A stretch of 64,000 bases of DNA from a virus (IMGVR_UViG_3300037312_000330:32001-96000); one strand, 5' to 3'. Numbered from the stretch's first letter, positions 18,863 to 28,670 are shown. Numbers and translations: made by a program. The notes: generated by a model from the letters alone, not told the origin.

Positions 18863-21673
18863 TTAGACAATACCTGTGTTAAGGGCCAAGAACAATCCGT
18901 CAGAGTTGTCGAATGTAGGTATCGACGATGCAGATACACGAGTGCCGCCTACAGAGCCACTGCCACCTGTTGTCATATTAGTTGTCGCACCGCTGTCGGT
19001 TCCTACACCAACTCCAGCACCTGGAGGCGGTTCGTAGTTCGCATTGGTCACGGAAGGTGCAGATTGTCTGGCTGCTATGGAACCTTGTTCTGGTGTTCGT
19101 TTTCCACCTTGATCGACTGGCGCATCCGCACTATAGACACCTTGCTTGGCAGAAGCGACAGAAACACCTACAGGCTGTACATGCCACTTCTCATTAGGTA
19201 TTGGACGTGTAAATCCGTACTTCGACAACAGACCTAGCTTATCCAACTCATTGGCTTGCGTGCTGGGGATGTCAACTGCAAGACCGAAGTTGTGCAGAGA
19301 AGATCCCGGTTTGCCAGCCATCCCAGGAGGCTTAGTCCGATACAGCTTTTCTTGCTCTTCCATCGAGCGATACGCAGAGTTGAAGTTCAACTTCTTCCCT
19401 GTGGCATCGTAGTATTCCTGACCCATGCGGACCAGAGCATCCTGCATTTGTGGCTGAACACCGTCTACATCCACTCCCGTGCTCTTCGTGAAGATCTTCC
19501 CCATGTGGTCGCTGATGCTTCCTCCATTGGATCCGTCCTTCTTCTCTGATCCACCAACAGTGCTTCCTGGTATTGCAGCGCCCGCCGCAGAACCCACGGA
19601 TACAGGAACAACCGATGGCGTTGGCGGCACTTCTGTGGACGACACAGAAGGTGCAACTCCTGTTGGATTGACAGAACCTCGTCCAGCACCTGCACTGCTA
19701 GGAGTTATTCCTTGTGGAAGTGGTTTCCCCTTGTCAGGAGATGGAGTGACCTTTCCCCTTGCTTCACGTGGATTGTTTGGACTACCAGCACCCGTTCCCT
19801 TGAGAATCTGCTCAATTTTGTCGTCGTTGGTTTGTCCTCCCATGATATGGGTGGCGAAGTTAGATACAGAGTCTACTCCCTTACCGATCTGATCGCCGTA
19901 GTGTTCGTAGATCTTAGATCCAACGTAGTATCCGGCTGCACCTGCGCCAGCGACTAGACCAGCTTGTCCCAGCATTCCCATTAAAGGACCGACTTTGGTT
20001 ACTAGACCACCTACTTCTTCAAGTAGAGGCTGCACCAGCGAACCAATACCTTTGGATTCTGAGGATTTTTTGCTACGACCACGCAACTCTGCCAACAAGC
20101 GATTGTTGAATCGCTCCATTGAAGCAGAGTGTTTAGTCAACACGTCTACCAAGTCGGCGAGTTCTTCGTTCTTCTTCCCTGCTTCTTTTCGTCTTTCCTT
20201 CTGGGCGTCTTCCATGCGTTCTTCGGCAGCAGCTTCTGCTGCCACTGGATTAGACGTACCAACTTGTTGCGGGGCTACTTCCGGCAGTTCTGGGGCGATT
20301 TCACGGGAGTTAGCGTCGCTGCTTTCCTTTGACTTGAATGCGCCGCTCGCATGACGATCACGATTCTTGGCTGCTGCTATACGTTTTTCGTTCTTCGGCC
20401 TCGGTGGTCCAAACACTTCCGGTGCGGGTGGTCCAACAAACTCGGACTTCTTAGCTCGTTTAGTCGCATTTTTGGAGCTTTTCTGTGCTTTGACAATCGC
20501 TTGTTGTGCAGCAGCTTCTGCATCCGCGTGGTCTTTATTCTCAGTAGGAGAAGTGAGTTTCTTCCCCTTTCTAGCTGTCTTACGCTGCTCCTTGCTCCAA
20601 GTCAATGGGTCATCCGGATCGTACTCGACAGGTGGAATGCCTACTGACTGAGATACAGGCTTCGGTGTTACTTCATGATCCAGAGCAAAGATGGAGGGGT
20701 CCTCATCACCCGGTCTCTGACGCATAATGCGGCGCGCTTGCATGTAGCGATTCACGGACTTGACACCATGCGCAACAGACTTGCCAGCTCCGTACATTTT
20801 GCCAATGCCGCGAGCAACACCGCCAACACCGAAAAGGTCCAGTGTCCCCATCGCAGCACGCGCCATACCTGCTCGCATCTTCTCGTGCGATTCTTTCAGA
20901 TATTCCGACGCTTGTTCCTGAGCCTTCATAATGGACTCAGTCCGTTCGTCCAGTTCCTCGAATTTTTCTTGCAGTTCCTCTGGCAATTTGGCTAGCTGCT
21001 TCTGCACGTCTTCCAACAACTTGCCAACTTGAGCGTTTGCTTCATGATCGTTCTTGCTCAGATCGGAGTGGCCTATCGTCAAGACAAGCTTCTTCTCCAT
21101 TTCTTCGAGTTGCTCAATCTCTTTGCGACTCAAGCCATCTGCATTCTCTTCCTTATGCTGACGCACTGCATACAACTTGCGGATGGCATCATTTCGTAGG
21201 TTCTGGAACTTGTTGTTTTGTTTGACGAAGTCCTTGTTCTCTTGTTCGATCTTCTTCAAGTTGGCCTTAGCTTCGGCCATCATGCGCTTGTATGCGACAC
21301 GTTCCTGTACAGAAACGCCGGGCTTGCTAAGCCCATTCATCGCCTTTGCGATCTTTTCCAGCTCCTGCTTCGGGGCTTTGATCATGCGATACTGCAATGC
21401 TTGTGCAATACCGTCATAGTCGTAAGCATCGAAATCGAAGTCTTCTTCCTTCTTCTTTTTCTTAGAAGGAGTAGCAGGCTTCGATGGAAGAGATGTCTTG
21501 GGTGGAATCGCTGGCTTTGGTTTCGCAGCCACCGGTTTCTTCACAGGAGCTGTCACCTTCCCACCAGCAGATGGAGCAGGTGCCGAAGCAGAAGGTTGTG
21601 AACCCCCTTTCTTCGGCGGCTCGTCGTCATCATCTAGAAAGATGTCGGCATCAGATGGCGGCTTGGTAGCCAT
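18863..21673 (-). CDS. Tape-measure-like protein with C-terminal M15 peptidase
   Basis: Coiled-coil region; SAYRS..EQ, SLHNFGLAVDI, EKWHVQ motifs. Confidence 0.75.
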   Translation of the reverse strand: MATKPPSDADIFLDDDDEPPKKGGSQPSASAPAPSAGGKVTAPVKKPVAAKPKPAIPPKTSLPSKPATPSKKKKKEEDFDFDAYDYDGIAQALQYRMIKAPKQELEKIAKAMNGLSKPGVSVQERVAYKRMMAEAKANLKKIEQENKDFVKQNNKFQNLRNDAIRKLYAVRQHKEENADGLSRKEIEQLEEMEKKLVLTIGHSDLSKNDHEANAQVGKLLEDVQKQLAKLPEELQEKFEELDERTESIMKAQEQASEYLKESHEKMRAGMARAAMGTLDLFGVGGVARGIGKMYGAGKSVAHGVKSVNRYMQARRIMRQRPGDEDPSIFALDHEVTPKPVSQSVGIPPVEYDPDDPLTWSKEQRKTARKGKKLTSPTENKDHADAEAAAQQAIVKAQKSSKNATKRAKKSEFVGPPAPEVFGPPRPKNEKRIAAAKNRDRHASGAFKSKESSDANSREIAPELPEVAPQQVGTSNPVAAEAAAEERMEDAQKERRKEAGKKNEELADLVDVLTKHSASMERFNNRLLAELRGRSKKSSESKGIGSLVQPLLEEVGGLVTKVGPLMGMLGQAGLVAGAGAAGYYVGSKIYEHYGDQIGKGVDSVSNFATHIMGGQTNDDKIEQILKGTGAGSPNNPREARGKVTPSPDKGKPLPQGITPSSAGAGRGSVNPTGVAPSVSSTEVPPTPSVVPVSVGSAAGAAIPGSTVGGSEKKDGSNGGSISDHMGKIFTKSTGVDVDGVQPQMQDALVRMGQEYYDATGKKLNFNSAYRSMEEQEKLYRTKPPGMAGKPGSSLHNFGLAVDIPSTQANELDKLGLLSKYGFTRPIPNEKWHVQPVGVSVASAKQGVYSADAPVDQGGKRTPEQGSIAARQSAPSVTNANYEPPPGAGVGVGTDSGATTNMTTGGSGSVGGTRVSASSIPTFDNSDGLFLALNTGIV

Positions 21674-21680
21674 AGGTTCC

Positions 21681-21830
21681 TCACTGATTCAGGCGCTTCT
21701 TAACGCGATTGTCTACCGCGTTGGATACGTGTATGAACATCCGGAGATCCATGTTCAGATCAAGAAGCTGGTTGTGCTCGCGCAGCACCAGATCTATACG
21801 ATTGAACAGATTGTCTTCCGTGATGTTAGG
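21681..21830 (-). CDS. +1-frame extension of tail chaperone (GT/gp51-like), 48 aa
   Basis: Open +1 frame after CCC-TAA (NITEDNLFNRIDLVLREHNQ...KKRLNQ*); ends at the tape-measure RBS. Confidence 0.6.
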   Translation of the reverse strand, partial: PNITEDNLFNRIDLVLREHNQLLDLNMDLRMFIHVSNAVDNRVKKRLNQ

Positions 21831-23088
21831 GAAGAAACGTGAGCGCGTCTACCGAGAGTTTCACTCGGTGAGACGCGCCACACTCCTTGCATCGCAGAAC
21901 AGTTGCTTCAGACACGCCGTAATTGGTCACAGCTTCGATGTATTTGTCGAGTTCAAAGATCTCGTCACTAGACATCTGCTTGACTATCTCATTGCGTTCC
22001 AGGATAGTGTTACGTCCAGGACCGCGTCTCAGGAACACCGACCTGACTTGCAACCACTCTACCTCTGAGAAGGACTCGTCCGATTCTTCTTCAACAGACG
22101 CAGTGGTCTGATCGTCACCATACTCAGACTGTTCCTGCTGATCGAGGTAATCCTCCTCTTCTTGGAGCTCGGCAAACTCCACGATGTCTCGCATGGTTTC
22201 CACGTGTAGATCATATTTATCGATCAATTCTTGAAATGGGGACAGGTCCAATCCATCGAGATACTCTGTTTTCAGAGTGGTCTCATTGAGAATAGTGCTG
22301 ATGTCCAATGTCTTCGGATCAAGATAGTCTGAATGATCTGTACGCAGAATTGTGCGTCGTATGTGATCCTCATTAGTGCAGCTATACGGGATCAGTTGTG
22401 GGTTTTTGGGGAACGATTGTAACCGATGCCAGTACATAAGGAAATAGAAGTCCTGTGGTGTCAGATCGAATGCCGACACGCCTTCACCCAATGTAGATCC
22501 GATAGCTTCCACCACATATCGGATCTTCTTTTCTTTGGCAGCACGACTGAGTTTCGCTTGATGGATACCCTTCAACTGTGTGATAGTCAGTTGTTTGAAG
22601 TCATAGAACGCGAACTGTGAAGGCAATCCGATTGTTGTGAAATTTGGATCAGTTTCTGCTTGCGTCTTGACGTTAACTGTCTCGGGATCCACACCCTTAC
22701 GTTGACGTTCGAGCTCCAATCGCGTTGGTTTGCGTCGTGTGCTGAACGCGGCTTTTGCGACAGGTGCCTTCTGTTGAGATGCCTGATGTGTCTCGATGCG
22801 AGCACGCATTGGATGCCCAGGAGGTAGTTGATCCAGGATCTTCTGCTCTGGTGTGCGACCTTGCTTCGCTGCTTGTTGTGCTTGACGACTGGCGTTCAGA
22901 CGATCGCGTGCATCCGATTTTGGTACGGGAGCGGTGTCCGAAGATGTTCGTGCGTTTTGGTTGGGAGTCGGATCAGTCTGTCCCGGCCGATTCGCGGGAA
23001 AGGCGTGGTGCTCTTCAGAGACCACTTCGATCTTGTGAGTGGGGCGACCCGGAATTGTCCGAGTGCTGGAAGCGGGTTGGTTAGTCAT
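21826..23088 (-). CDS. Tail/baseplate assembly chaperone (T4 gp26-like)
   Basis: DFYFLMYWHR; YSCTNEDH and RCKECG; sits between tube and tape measure. Confidence 0.7.
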   Translation of the reverse strand: MTNQPASSTRTIPGRPTHKIEVVSEEHHAFPANRPGQTDPTPNQNARTSSDTAPVPKSDARDRLNASRQAQQAAKQGRTPEQKILDQLPPGHPMRARIETHQASQQKAPVAKAAFSTRRKPTRLELERQRKGVDPETVNVKTQAETDPNFTTIGLPSQFAFYDFKQLTITQLKGIHQAKLSRAAKEKKIRYVVEAIGSTLGEGVSAFDLTPQDFYFLMYWHRLQSFPKNPQLIPYSCTNEDHIRRTILRTDHSDYLDPKTLDISTILNETTLKTEYLDGLDLSPFQELIDKYDLHVETMRDIVEFAELQEEEDYLDQQEQSEYGDDQTTASVEEESDESFSEVEWLQVRSVFLRRGPGRNTILERNEIVKQMSSDEIFELDKYIEAVTNYGVSEATVLRCKECGASHRVKLSVDALTFLP

Positions 23089-23124
23089 GTGTGGACCTCA
23101 TTGGGTGTTTGCTACTGCTGATGA

Positions 23125-23898
23125 TTAGCCGAATGACAGATCGACGAAGTTAGACGGAAAGACGTCAGGTAGTGCATTCAGCTTCGGAGGGAAATCCTTG
23201 CCGATTGTACTCATGACCGACGGGATGTCAGTGCTTGCGAACTTGCCGAACTTGATGTTCACCTCGTCCACACTGAACTCGCATCCTGCGACGACTCTTT
23301 CAGATTGAGAACTTCCGAGCTGATACTGGTCTGGCGTCAGGGGCCAAGTGCCGGTGTAATCTAAGCACATCACGGTCATCTTGGCGACGTCAAGAATCCA
23401 GATAGAGATTGTTTTCTTGTAGTCCTTAGGGAAATAGAACAGTCCAGTCTTCGCGTTCAAGACCATCGACTGCCACGAATTTATGTATTGCGCGACGGAA
23501 CCGTTGCTGTCTTCGTAGAACTTGAGTTGCAAGTTACCAACGTTGTACTTCTGTGCGAAGTGGTAGTTCTTACCAGCTCGATAATTCGAGATCTGTTCGA
23601 ACGTGATGAAAGGCAATGTAGCCTCTTCAACATGGAACCAGTCCAGTGCAGTTGAACCGTTAAGGACCGGCATATCGCACCACCAATTGAAGTTCATCAA
23701 TGGGTCTGCGCGACTCTTTGCGGCTGCCAGTGGATCCTTCTGCCCACGCGACGCAATAGCAGAAGCTTGGATGCCAGAGCTTTGTGAACGCGCAGCAGCA
23801 AAAGTGGCCCCCAGATCCGTCGCCTGTTGCGACATCGCTGGGAGCCTAGTGTTTGCCATACTGACGACCGCCGCTCTGGCGTCATCAAATAGCGACAT
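23125..23898 (-). CDS. Tail tube-like protein 2
   Basis: LQLKFYED..., YTGTWPL; paralogous to 23905-24414. Confidence 0.7.
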   Translation of the reverse strand: MSLFDDARAAVVSMANTRLPAMSQQATDLGATFAAARSQSSGIQASAIASRGQKDPLAAAKSRADPLMNFNWWCDMPVLNGSTALDWFHVEEATLPFITFEQISNYRAGKNYHFAQKYNVGNLQLKFYEDSNGSVAQYINSWQSMVLNAKTGLFYFPKDYKKTISIWILDVAKMTVMCLDYTGTWPLTPDQYQLGSSQSERVVAGCEFSVDEVNIKFGKFASTDIPSVMSTIGKDFPPKLNALPDVFPSNFVDLSFG

Positions 23899-23904
23899 GA
23901 CTTA

Positions 23905-24414
23905 TCAACCGTTGTCTTCGTCTACGAAGTCATAACTGAACGTGACGCTTGTGGTCACAACACCAGACGAGCTGGAGTCGATCGCACTGTCGTCCACTGT
24001 TTCAGGCCATGCACCAACGAGTTTGAGACTGGCGATCTCAGACGGAATGTCGTCGTAGAGGACCAGCTCAATGTCAGTGCTGTAGACGTTCTTGTACGTG
24101 CCACTGTTCTGCTGCCAGTCACGAGCCAGTTTCTGCCAACGACGCAGCATATTGCGAGTGCCCATGTCGCGGGTCTCGATCAGTGTCAGTTGGAAGCTAT
24201 GACTGTAGTTAGCACGACCAGCGTAGCGGACTTCAACGCCGTGCAACGCTACTGGAACCTGTTCCAGCATGAAGCCCGGGATGGAAGTGGATTGCGCTTT
24301 GTATGTGAACGTGCGACTGTCACCCGTACCCGGCATAGCCGAGATAATCACATCCCAGTTATATGTGGCCAAGGGGTCCACAAGAGAACGCACGTCTTGA
24401 AGGGAGGTACGCAT
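23905..24414 (-). CDS. Major tail tube protein (gp19-like)
   Basis: YAGRANYSHSFQLTLIE; LVGAWPETV; FSYD. Confidence 0.85.
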   Translation of the reverse strand: MRTSLQDVRSLVDPLATYNWDVIISAMPGTGDSRTFTYKAQSTSIPGFMLEQVPVALHGVEVRYAGRANYSHSFQLTLIETRDMGTRNMLRRWQKLARDWQQNSGTYKNVYSTDIELVLYDDIPSEIASLKLVGAWPETVDDSAIDSSSSGVVTTSVTFSYDFVDEDNG

Positions 24415-24425
24415 GTTTCTAACTC

Positions 24426-25031
24426 CTAGTTAGTGTACTTCCGACGATTCACTCGTTCTGGAAGCATCTGAAGATTGCGACGATGCGCAGTTCTTTCAGG
24501 GGGCCACCCCTTGAGAAATGCTGCGTAGATACTTGTCCTATGATCCATGTGCCATTCCATCCCACGAAGCCTGAATGGATCTATCTCGTCTCTATGTTCA
24601 CGATAAATATCGTTTGAGAGACGACGTACCAACTTTGAATAGGCTTTCCATTCTTCTTCAGGGAAGTCTGCTTTGACATACTCTTCCCTTAGTTTCCCGC
24701 GAGTGTTGTAACGGATAGTCTTGCAACCAGCTTCTTTGACCCATTTGTATATCGTAGGCCAAGATGCAGTAACTCCGTATTCGTGCATCCGTTTTGGAAC
24801 AATGCCCTTCTCATAAAGTTCAATCGCACGTTGCTTCTCTGAGTCAGAGCGCCAGCTGAATTTCGGGACAAGTTCCTTCTGACCTAACGCTCTATTCAAA
24901 TAACCGCGACCGACACCTGTTGTCCTGCACGCCTCGGTTTTGGTTCTACCACTTGCAACCATTTCAACTGCTCTCTTTACTTGAGAAGTTGAAGGAGGTT
25001 CATATTGATTGTTACCGAGCTTTGTAGACAT
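24426..25031 (-). mobile_element. Free-standing HTH-HNH homing endonuclease between sheath and tube genes
   Basis: Two HTH-like repeats, then WHMDH...NLQML...NRRK. Confidence 0.75.
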
Positions 25032-25090
25032 CAGTTGTAGGTCTGAAGTGGGTCAACGAGAGAGCGGACGTCTTGGAGAGATGTACGCAT
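25031..25090 (-). pseudogene. Orphan 5' end of tail tube gene (19 codons, MRTSLQDVRSLVDPLQTYN*)
   Basis: 18/19 aa identical to the tube N-terminus; has RBS; its TGA overlaps the HNH ATG. Confidence 0.85.
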
Positions 25091-25114
25091 GAATTACTCC
25101 TGTGTTCTGTCAGG

Positions 25115-25134
25115 TGATGAGGCCGAAGCCTCAT
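25115..25134 (-). other. UUCG hairpin after sheath stop
   Basis: GATGAGGC-TTCG-GCCTCATC; no U-tract. Confidence 0.55.
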
Positions 25135-25137
25135 CTA

Positions 25138-27063
25138 TTAACCCAGAGCAGAGATGTTGATTTCCTTGAAGGAAACACCCGCCTTTGTGATGACGATGTC
25201 AACTCCGATCTCGTGTACAGCAATCACCGGAGTGATGAATATCGTAACAGTCAGGATACCAAGATTGTACTTAGAGTCCGGGTTGTTCGTGCTGTCACAC
25301 ACCACCTGGAAGTCCAGCAGACCACGGGCATCCTTCCAGTATTGCAGATAGGATGTGAGGCTCGTCACGATCTGACGACGAAGGAAATCGTCGTTAGGTT
25401 CGTGAATGCTGTACATCAGGTAGTTCTTGACGCCAGTCTTGATGACGTTAATCATCCGACGGACGTTGACCCACGACAGAGCTGACTGCTTGGATTGCAG
25501 CGTCACCTGTTCGAAGACCGCAGTACCTGCACCCACGAATGTGCGCAGATAGTTGACCTGTGCTTGGAACAGTTGCGTGCGTTGCGAATCGTTGTAGTTC
25601 TGGCGGAGTGACAGAACATCAACCTGACCACGATTCAGACCAGCCGGAGCATATTGAGGACCACCCACACGATCGGTGCGCGCATACACAGCCGCTACCT
25701 TGCCTGACGGCGGAATGTAGATCTGTTTGTTGTTATACGTGTCCAGAACGAAAACGTCAGAGCTGTAGATCGCAGCGTAGCTAGTGTTCGCATTGAGCAC
25801 CAACTGACGATACGTGATCGCATCCTGTGTCAACTGCATCGTGGACGGCATGTCCAGAATTGCAATCGCGTCGCCACGCGACTGTGCAACCGTGTACATC
25901 GTCTGCTGCACAGTTACGTTAGTGTAACCAGCATTGATGAAGATGTTAGCACCGACTGTCTGCGGATCCGAGAAGTAGTTCGTCCACGCGTTGGCAATCT
26001 GACTGTTTGTCGGTGTAGTGCCCGAAGTGCCGCCTGCCATCGACGTGATTCCCACTGCCTTGACAACCGGAACAGAACCCAGATTCGGCACGTAGGTTGC
26101 ACAACCGATGTAGGACGAGAACGCGTTCAACTGTTGGTGAGCTTCCAACTGACGACCGCTCGTATCGGTATAGTCAGTAAGCGTCAGTGTCCAGGTTTCC
26201 TGTGGAGTTCCGGTACTCAGGTTGTAGTCATAGACTTCCAGCGTGAATGTCGGATCGGGTGCCGGCAGATTACCTGCGTTCGTGATTGGGAGCTGTGTGC
26301 TGTCTGGAGTAAGAGCTCCAGTGTCGATGAACGATGTGGTTCCAGCACCAACCGTTGTGATCAGAGCTTCGGATCCAGACGTGCGACCAAACACTTTGTA
26401 GCCACGAGCATCCGCAACAGCAGACCAAGTGACCGTCACTTGGTTTGTCGATCCACTAGCGATCGTGACCGTAGCTGCTGTAGAAGCCAGAGTGTCACCA
26501 ATAGCAGACACGGCAGCTATCTTGTAGCTAAAGGTCGCAGCCGCCAATGTACCGCCGGTGTTCTGGCTGGTGGCAGTCGGAGCAGCCGGTTGCGAGAAGT
26601 TCTGGCTGCGCACCTTCAGTGCAATCTGGTTGGCCCAAGAACCAGGACCAGACTTCGGGTAGAACATCAACATCGGACTGGCACCCGTAGTGTACGTAGT
26701 CCAATTGATGTTTGTAGGATCCGCGATACCACCAGAAATGGCTTGGAATGTTGTCACTCCAGCCACGTCCTTCAAGAGGATCGCACTGTAGGCTGCATCG
26801 GTGTTCAGTGCACGGAGACACCACAGCGAATTGCCTTCATCGAAGAAGTCCTTGGCACAATAATGGCCGAAGGAAACCTGAGCGTTGCGTTCACCGTATT
26901 CGGCAACGAAGTCGCCCCAAGTAGTCACGTTGAAAAGGCCGGGACGTCCTTTAGACGACACGAAGACCATCGCGCCCACCGCCGTACTTGCGCTGACGAG
27001 AGACTGACTGAGGTCAATCTCGCGAAAGCGAACTCCGGCGCTTTGTTGCGTGAGAGCTGGCAT
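25138..27063 (-). CDS. Tail sheath protein
   Basis: SAGVRFREIDLS; YAPAGLNRG; WVNVRR. Confidence 0.95.
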   Translation of the reverse strand: MPALTQQSAGVRFREIDLSQSLVSASTAVGAMVFVSSKGRPGLFNVTTWGDFVAEYGERNAQVSFGHYCAKDFFDEGNSLWCLRALNTDAAYSAILLKDVAGVTTFQAISGGIADPTNINWTTYTTGASPMLMFYPKSGPGSWANQIALKVRSQNFSQPAAPTATSQNTGGTLAAATFSYKIAAVSAIGDTLASTAATVTIASGSTNQVTVTWSAVADARGYKVFGRTSGSEALITTVGAGTTSFIDTGALTPDSTQLPITNAGNLPAPDPTFTLEVYDYNLSTGTPQETWTLTLTDYTDTSGRQLEAHQQLNAFSSYIGCATYVPNLGSVPVVKAVGITSMAGGTSGTTPTNSQIANAWTNYFSDPQTVGANIFINAGYTNVTVQQTMYTVAQSRGDAIAILDMPSTMQLTQDAITYRQLVLNANTSYAAIYSSDVFVLDTYNNKQIYIPPSGKVAAVYARTDRVGGPQYAPAGLNRGQVDVLSLRQNYNDSQRTQLFQAQVNYLRTFVGAGTAVFEQVTLQSKQSALSWVNVRRMINVIKTGVKNYLMYSIHEPNDDFLRRQIVTSLTSYLQYWKDARGLLDFQVVCDSTNNPDSKYNLGILTVTIFITPVIAVHEIGVDIVITKAGVSFKEINISALG

Positions 27064-27117
27064 TAGATTCTCCTGTGAGAGGGATTCACATCAAATTAGC
27101 GTGTGATCTTCGCTGTA

Positions 27118-27363
27118 TTAGGTAGTAGTCTCACCGGAAACTTCAGGTCCAGTGTCTTCTGTCTTGCCGTCAGGCAGAACCAACACTGTCAGAAAGCTAC
27201 TGAGGTAGGACTTTTCCTTATCTGGATTAATCATCGATCCAGCAGGCGGAGTTACGCGAGCGCCCGGTTGAATGTTGATAGAGTCACGCGTGCCATTGGC
27301 CAGGATCATCTCGACCTCGCGCATGTGACCGGAGTTGTTGACAAACTTGGTGGTAGTACCCAT
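27118..27363 (-). CDS. Hypothetical virion-module protein
   Basis: 81 aa, RBS, co-oriented. Confidence 0.6.
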   Translation of the reverse strand: MGTTTKFVNNSGHMREVEMILANGTRDSINIQPGARVTPPAGSMINPDKEKSYLSSFLTVLVLPDGKTEDTGPEVSGETTT

Positions 27364-27378
27364 TTGGTTCTCCTGCGA

Positions 27379-27756
27379 TTAGACCTGAATGACACGAACC
27401 TGAACACTGGATGTGTTATTGTTCGCGATGGTCAAGGCAGCAATCTGTGTGCTGAGCATAAACACATTGCTGATGTCAAACGACACGGCGGTCAAGTTGG
27501 CAGCGTTAGCCGGATCTCCAAACTTGATTGTGACGTTAACTGGACCTCCCGTGGCACGCAGAATAGTCATGCTGTTTTCTGCCAATGGTGAGAGGGATAT
27601 GCTGCTTGTTGGTTGAATCGTGGTGCTTACGTCAGAGATGGCGTTGTTGGGGCTCTGGTTATTGGTTGTTGTTAGGAGTATCCCGCGCCGAATCGCATTG
27701 TCTGCAGCAAAGACTTCCAACTGACACAGCAATGCTCGGTTCGAAAGACTTGGCAT
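27379..27756 (-). CDS. Hypothetical virion-module protein
   Basis: 125 aa, beta-rich, co-oriented. Confidence 0.6.
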   Translation of the reverse strand: MPSLSNRALLCQLEVFAADNAIRRGILLTTTNNQSPNNAISDVSTTIQPTSSISLSPLAENSMTILRATGGPVNVTIKFGDPANAANLTAVSFDISNVFMLSTQIAALTIANNNTSSVQVRVIQV

Positions 27757-27771
27757 CTGTGGTCCTCTGTG

Positions 27772-28482
27772 TTAGGGCTTGGTGACGATATCGTCAGCAG
27801 AAGCCGCAATACCTTCAACATCAGGCCATTTGTTTTCGAAGACGAACACTTGGACAGCTTCATCATTGTCTTGATTCAGAGCCTTGATTGCGCCTTCCAC
27901 ATCCAACTCTGTGACCGCTTGCGAAGTACTGAGATCATCGCTCATATACCCGTTCACAGTCATGTTGGCAGTCATCATGTATTCTTTGACCTCGGTCAGA
28001 CCACCTTCCCGTGGTGGCACCGACAACTGCTTGTCCAGCTTCACGTCAATGTCGATAGGACCCACTCCGTAGTTGACCGTGAACTTCATTCCACTAGCTG
28101 TAGCAGAAGTGATAAGCCATTTCTTGGACAAGAGCCGCAAGGTTCGCATGTCCTGTACGTATATCTCTACCTCGAATGTGGTAGTGACTGGGATCAAGCT
28201 CAACTTGTAGGTCAGCGTGTTATCATGACTGGCCTGTCCATGCAGACCACGACGCGCTAGCGTGTTTGGCTTGTAGGACGTTTCATTGAGCGCGAATCCT
28301 GAGGTTCTTGCCCGAGCGAATGGATACATGTCTTTCGTATCCGTTCTCTTAAGCCTATTCGCCACGACCGCCTTGACGTCCGGACCGTTGTAAAAGAGCA
28401 GTGGCACTCCGAAGACTTTGTAGAAGCGCTTCGAAAGTCCTGTGTTGATGTAGTCCTCAATCGGACTTAGGCTGTTATCCAC
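27772..28482 (-). CDS. Neck / tail-terminator-like protein
   Basis: 236 aa, GTG start with AGGAG; between MCP block and sheath. Confidence 0.5.
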   Translation of the reverse strand: MDNSLSPIEDYINTGLSKRFYKVFGVPLLFYNGPDVKAVVANRLKRTDTKDMYPFARARTSGFALNETSYKPNTLARRGLHGQASHDNTLTYKLSLIPVTTTFEVEIYVQDMRTLRLLSKKWLITSATASGMKFTVNYGVGPIDIDVKLDKQLSVPPREGGLTEVKEYMMTANMTVNGYMSDDLSTSQAVTELDVEGAIKALNQDNDEAVQVFVFENKWPDVEGIAASADDIVTKP

Positions 28483-28593
28483 TTAGTCTCCTTTGGAGGG
28501 CCGAAACAACGACGGGACTCCAACCGCCTCCGAAAAGGCGTTTGCGAGTCCCGTGTTGATGAAGTCCTCGATAGGATTCAGCGAATTGTCCAT
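28483..28593 (-). pseudogene. Duplicated 5' fragment of the neck gene (36 codons) containing a terminator-like hairpin
   Basis: MDNSLNPIEDFINTGL vs MDNSLSPIEDYINTGL; nested stems GGGACTC/GAGTCCC and CGCCT/AGGCG. Confidence 0.75.
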
Positions 28594-28670
28594 CTTGGTG
28601 TAGCCCTGTGCACAATCGCCCCCACGATCCGGACGTTGACACCCGGTGTGCATGGAGGCGTTTGCAGGTC

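Noticed and set aside
24426-25031. HNH as part of a group I intron in the tube gene
   Set aside because: No P/Q/R/S core flanks it, and the downstream tube gene is complete with its own RBS.
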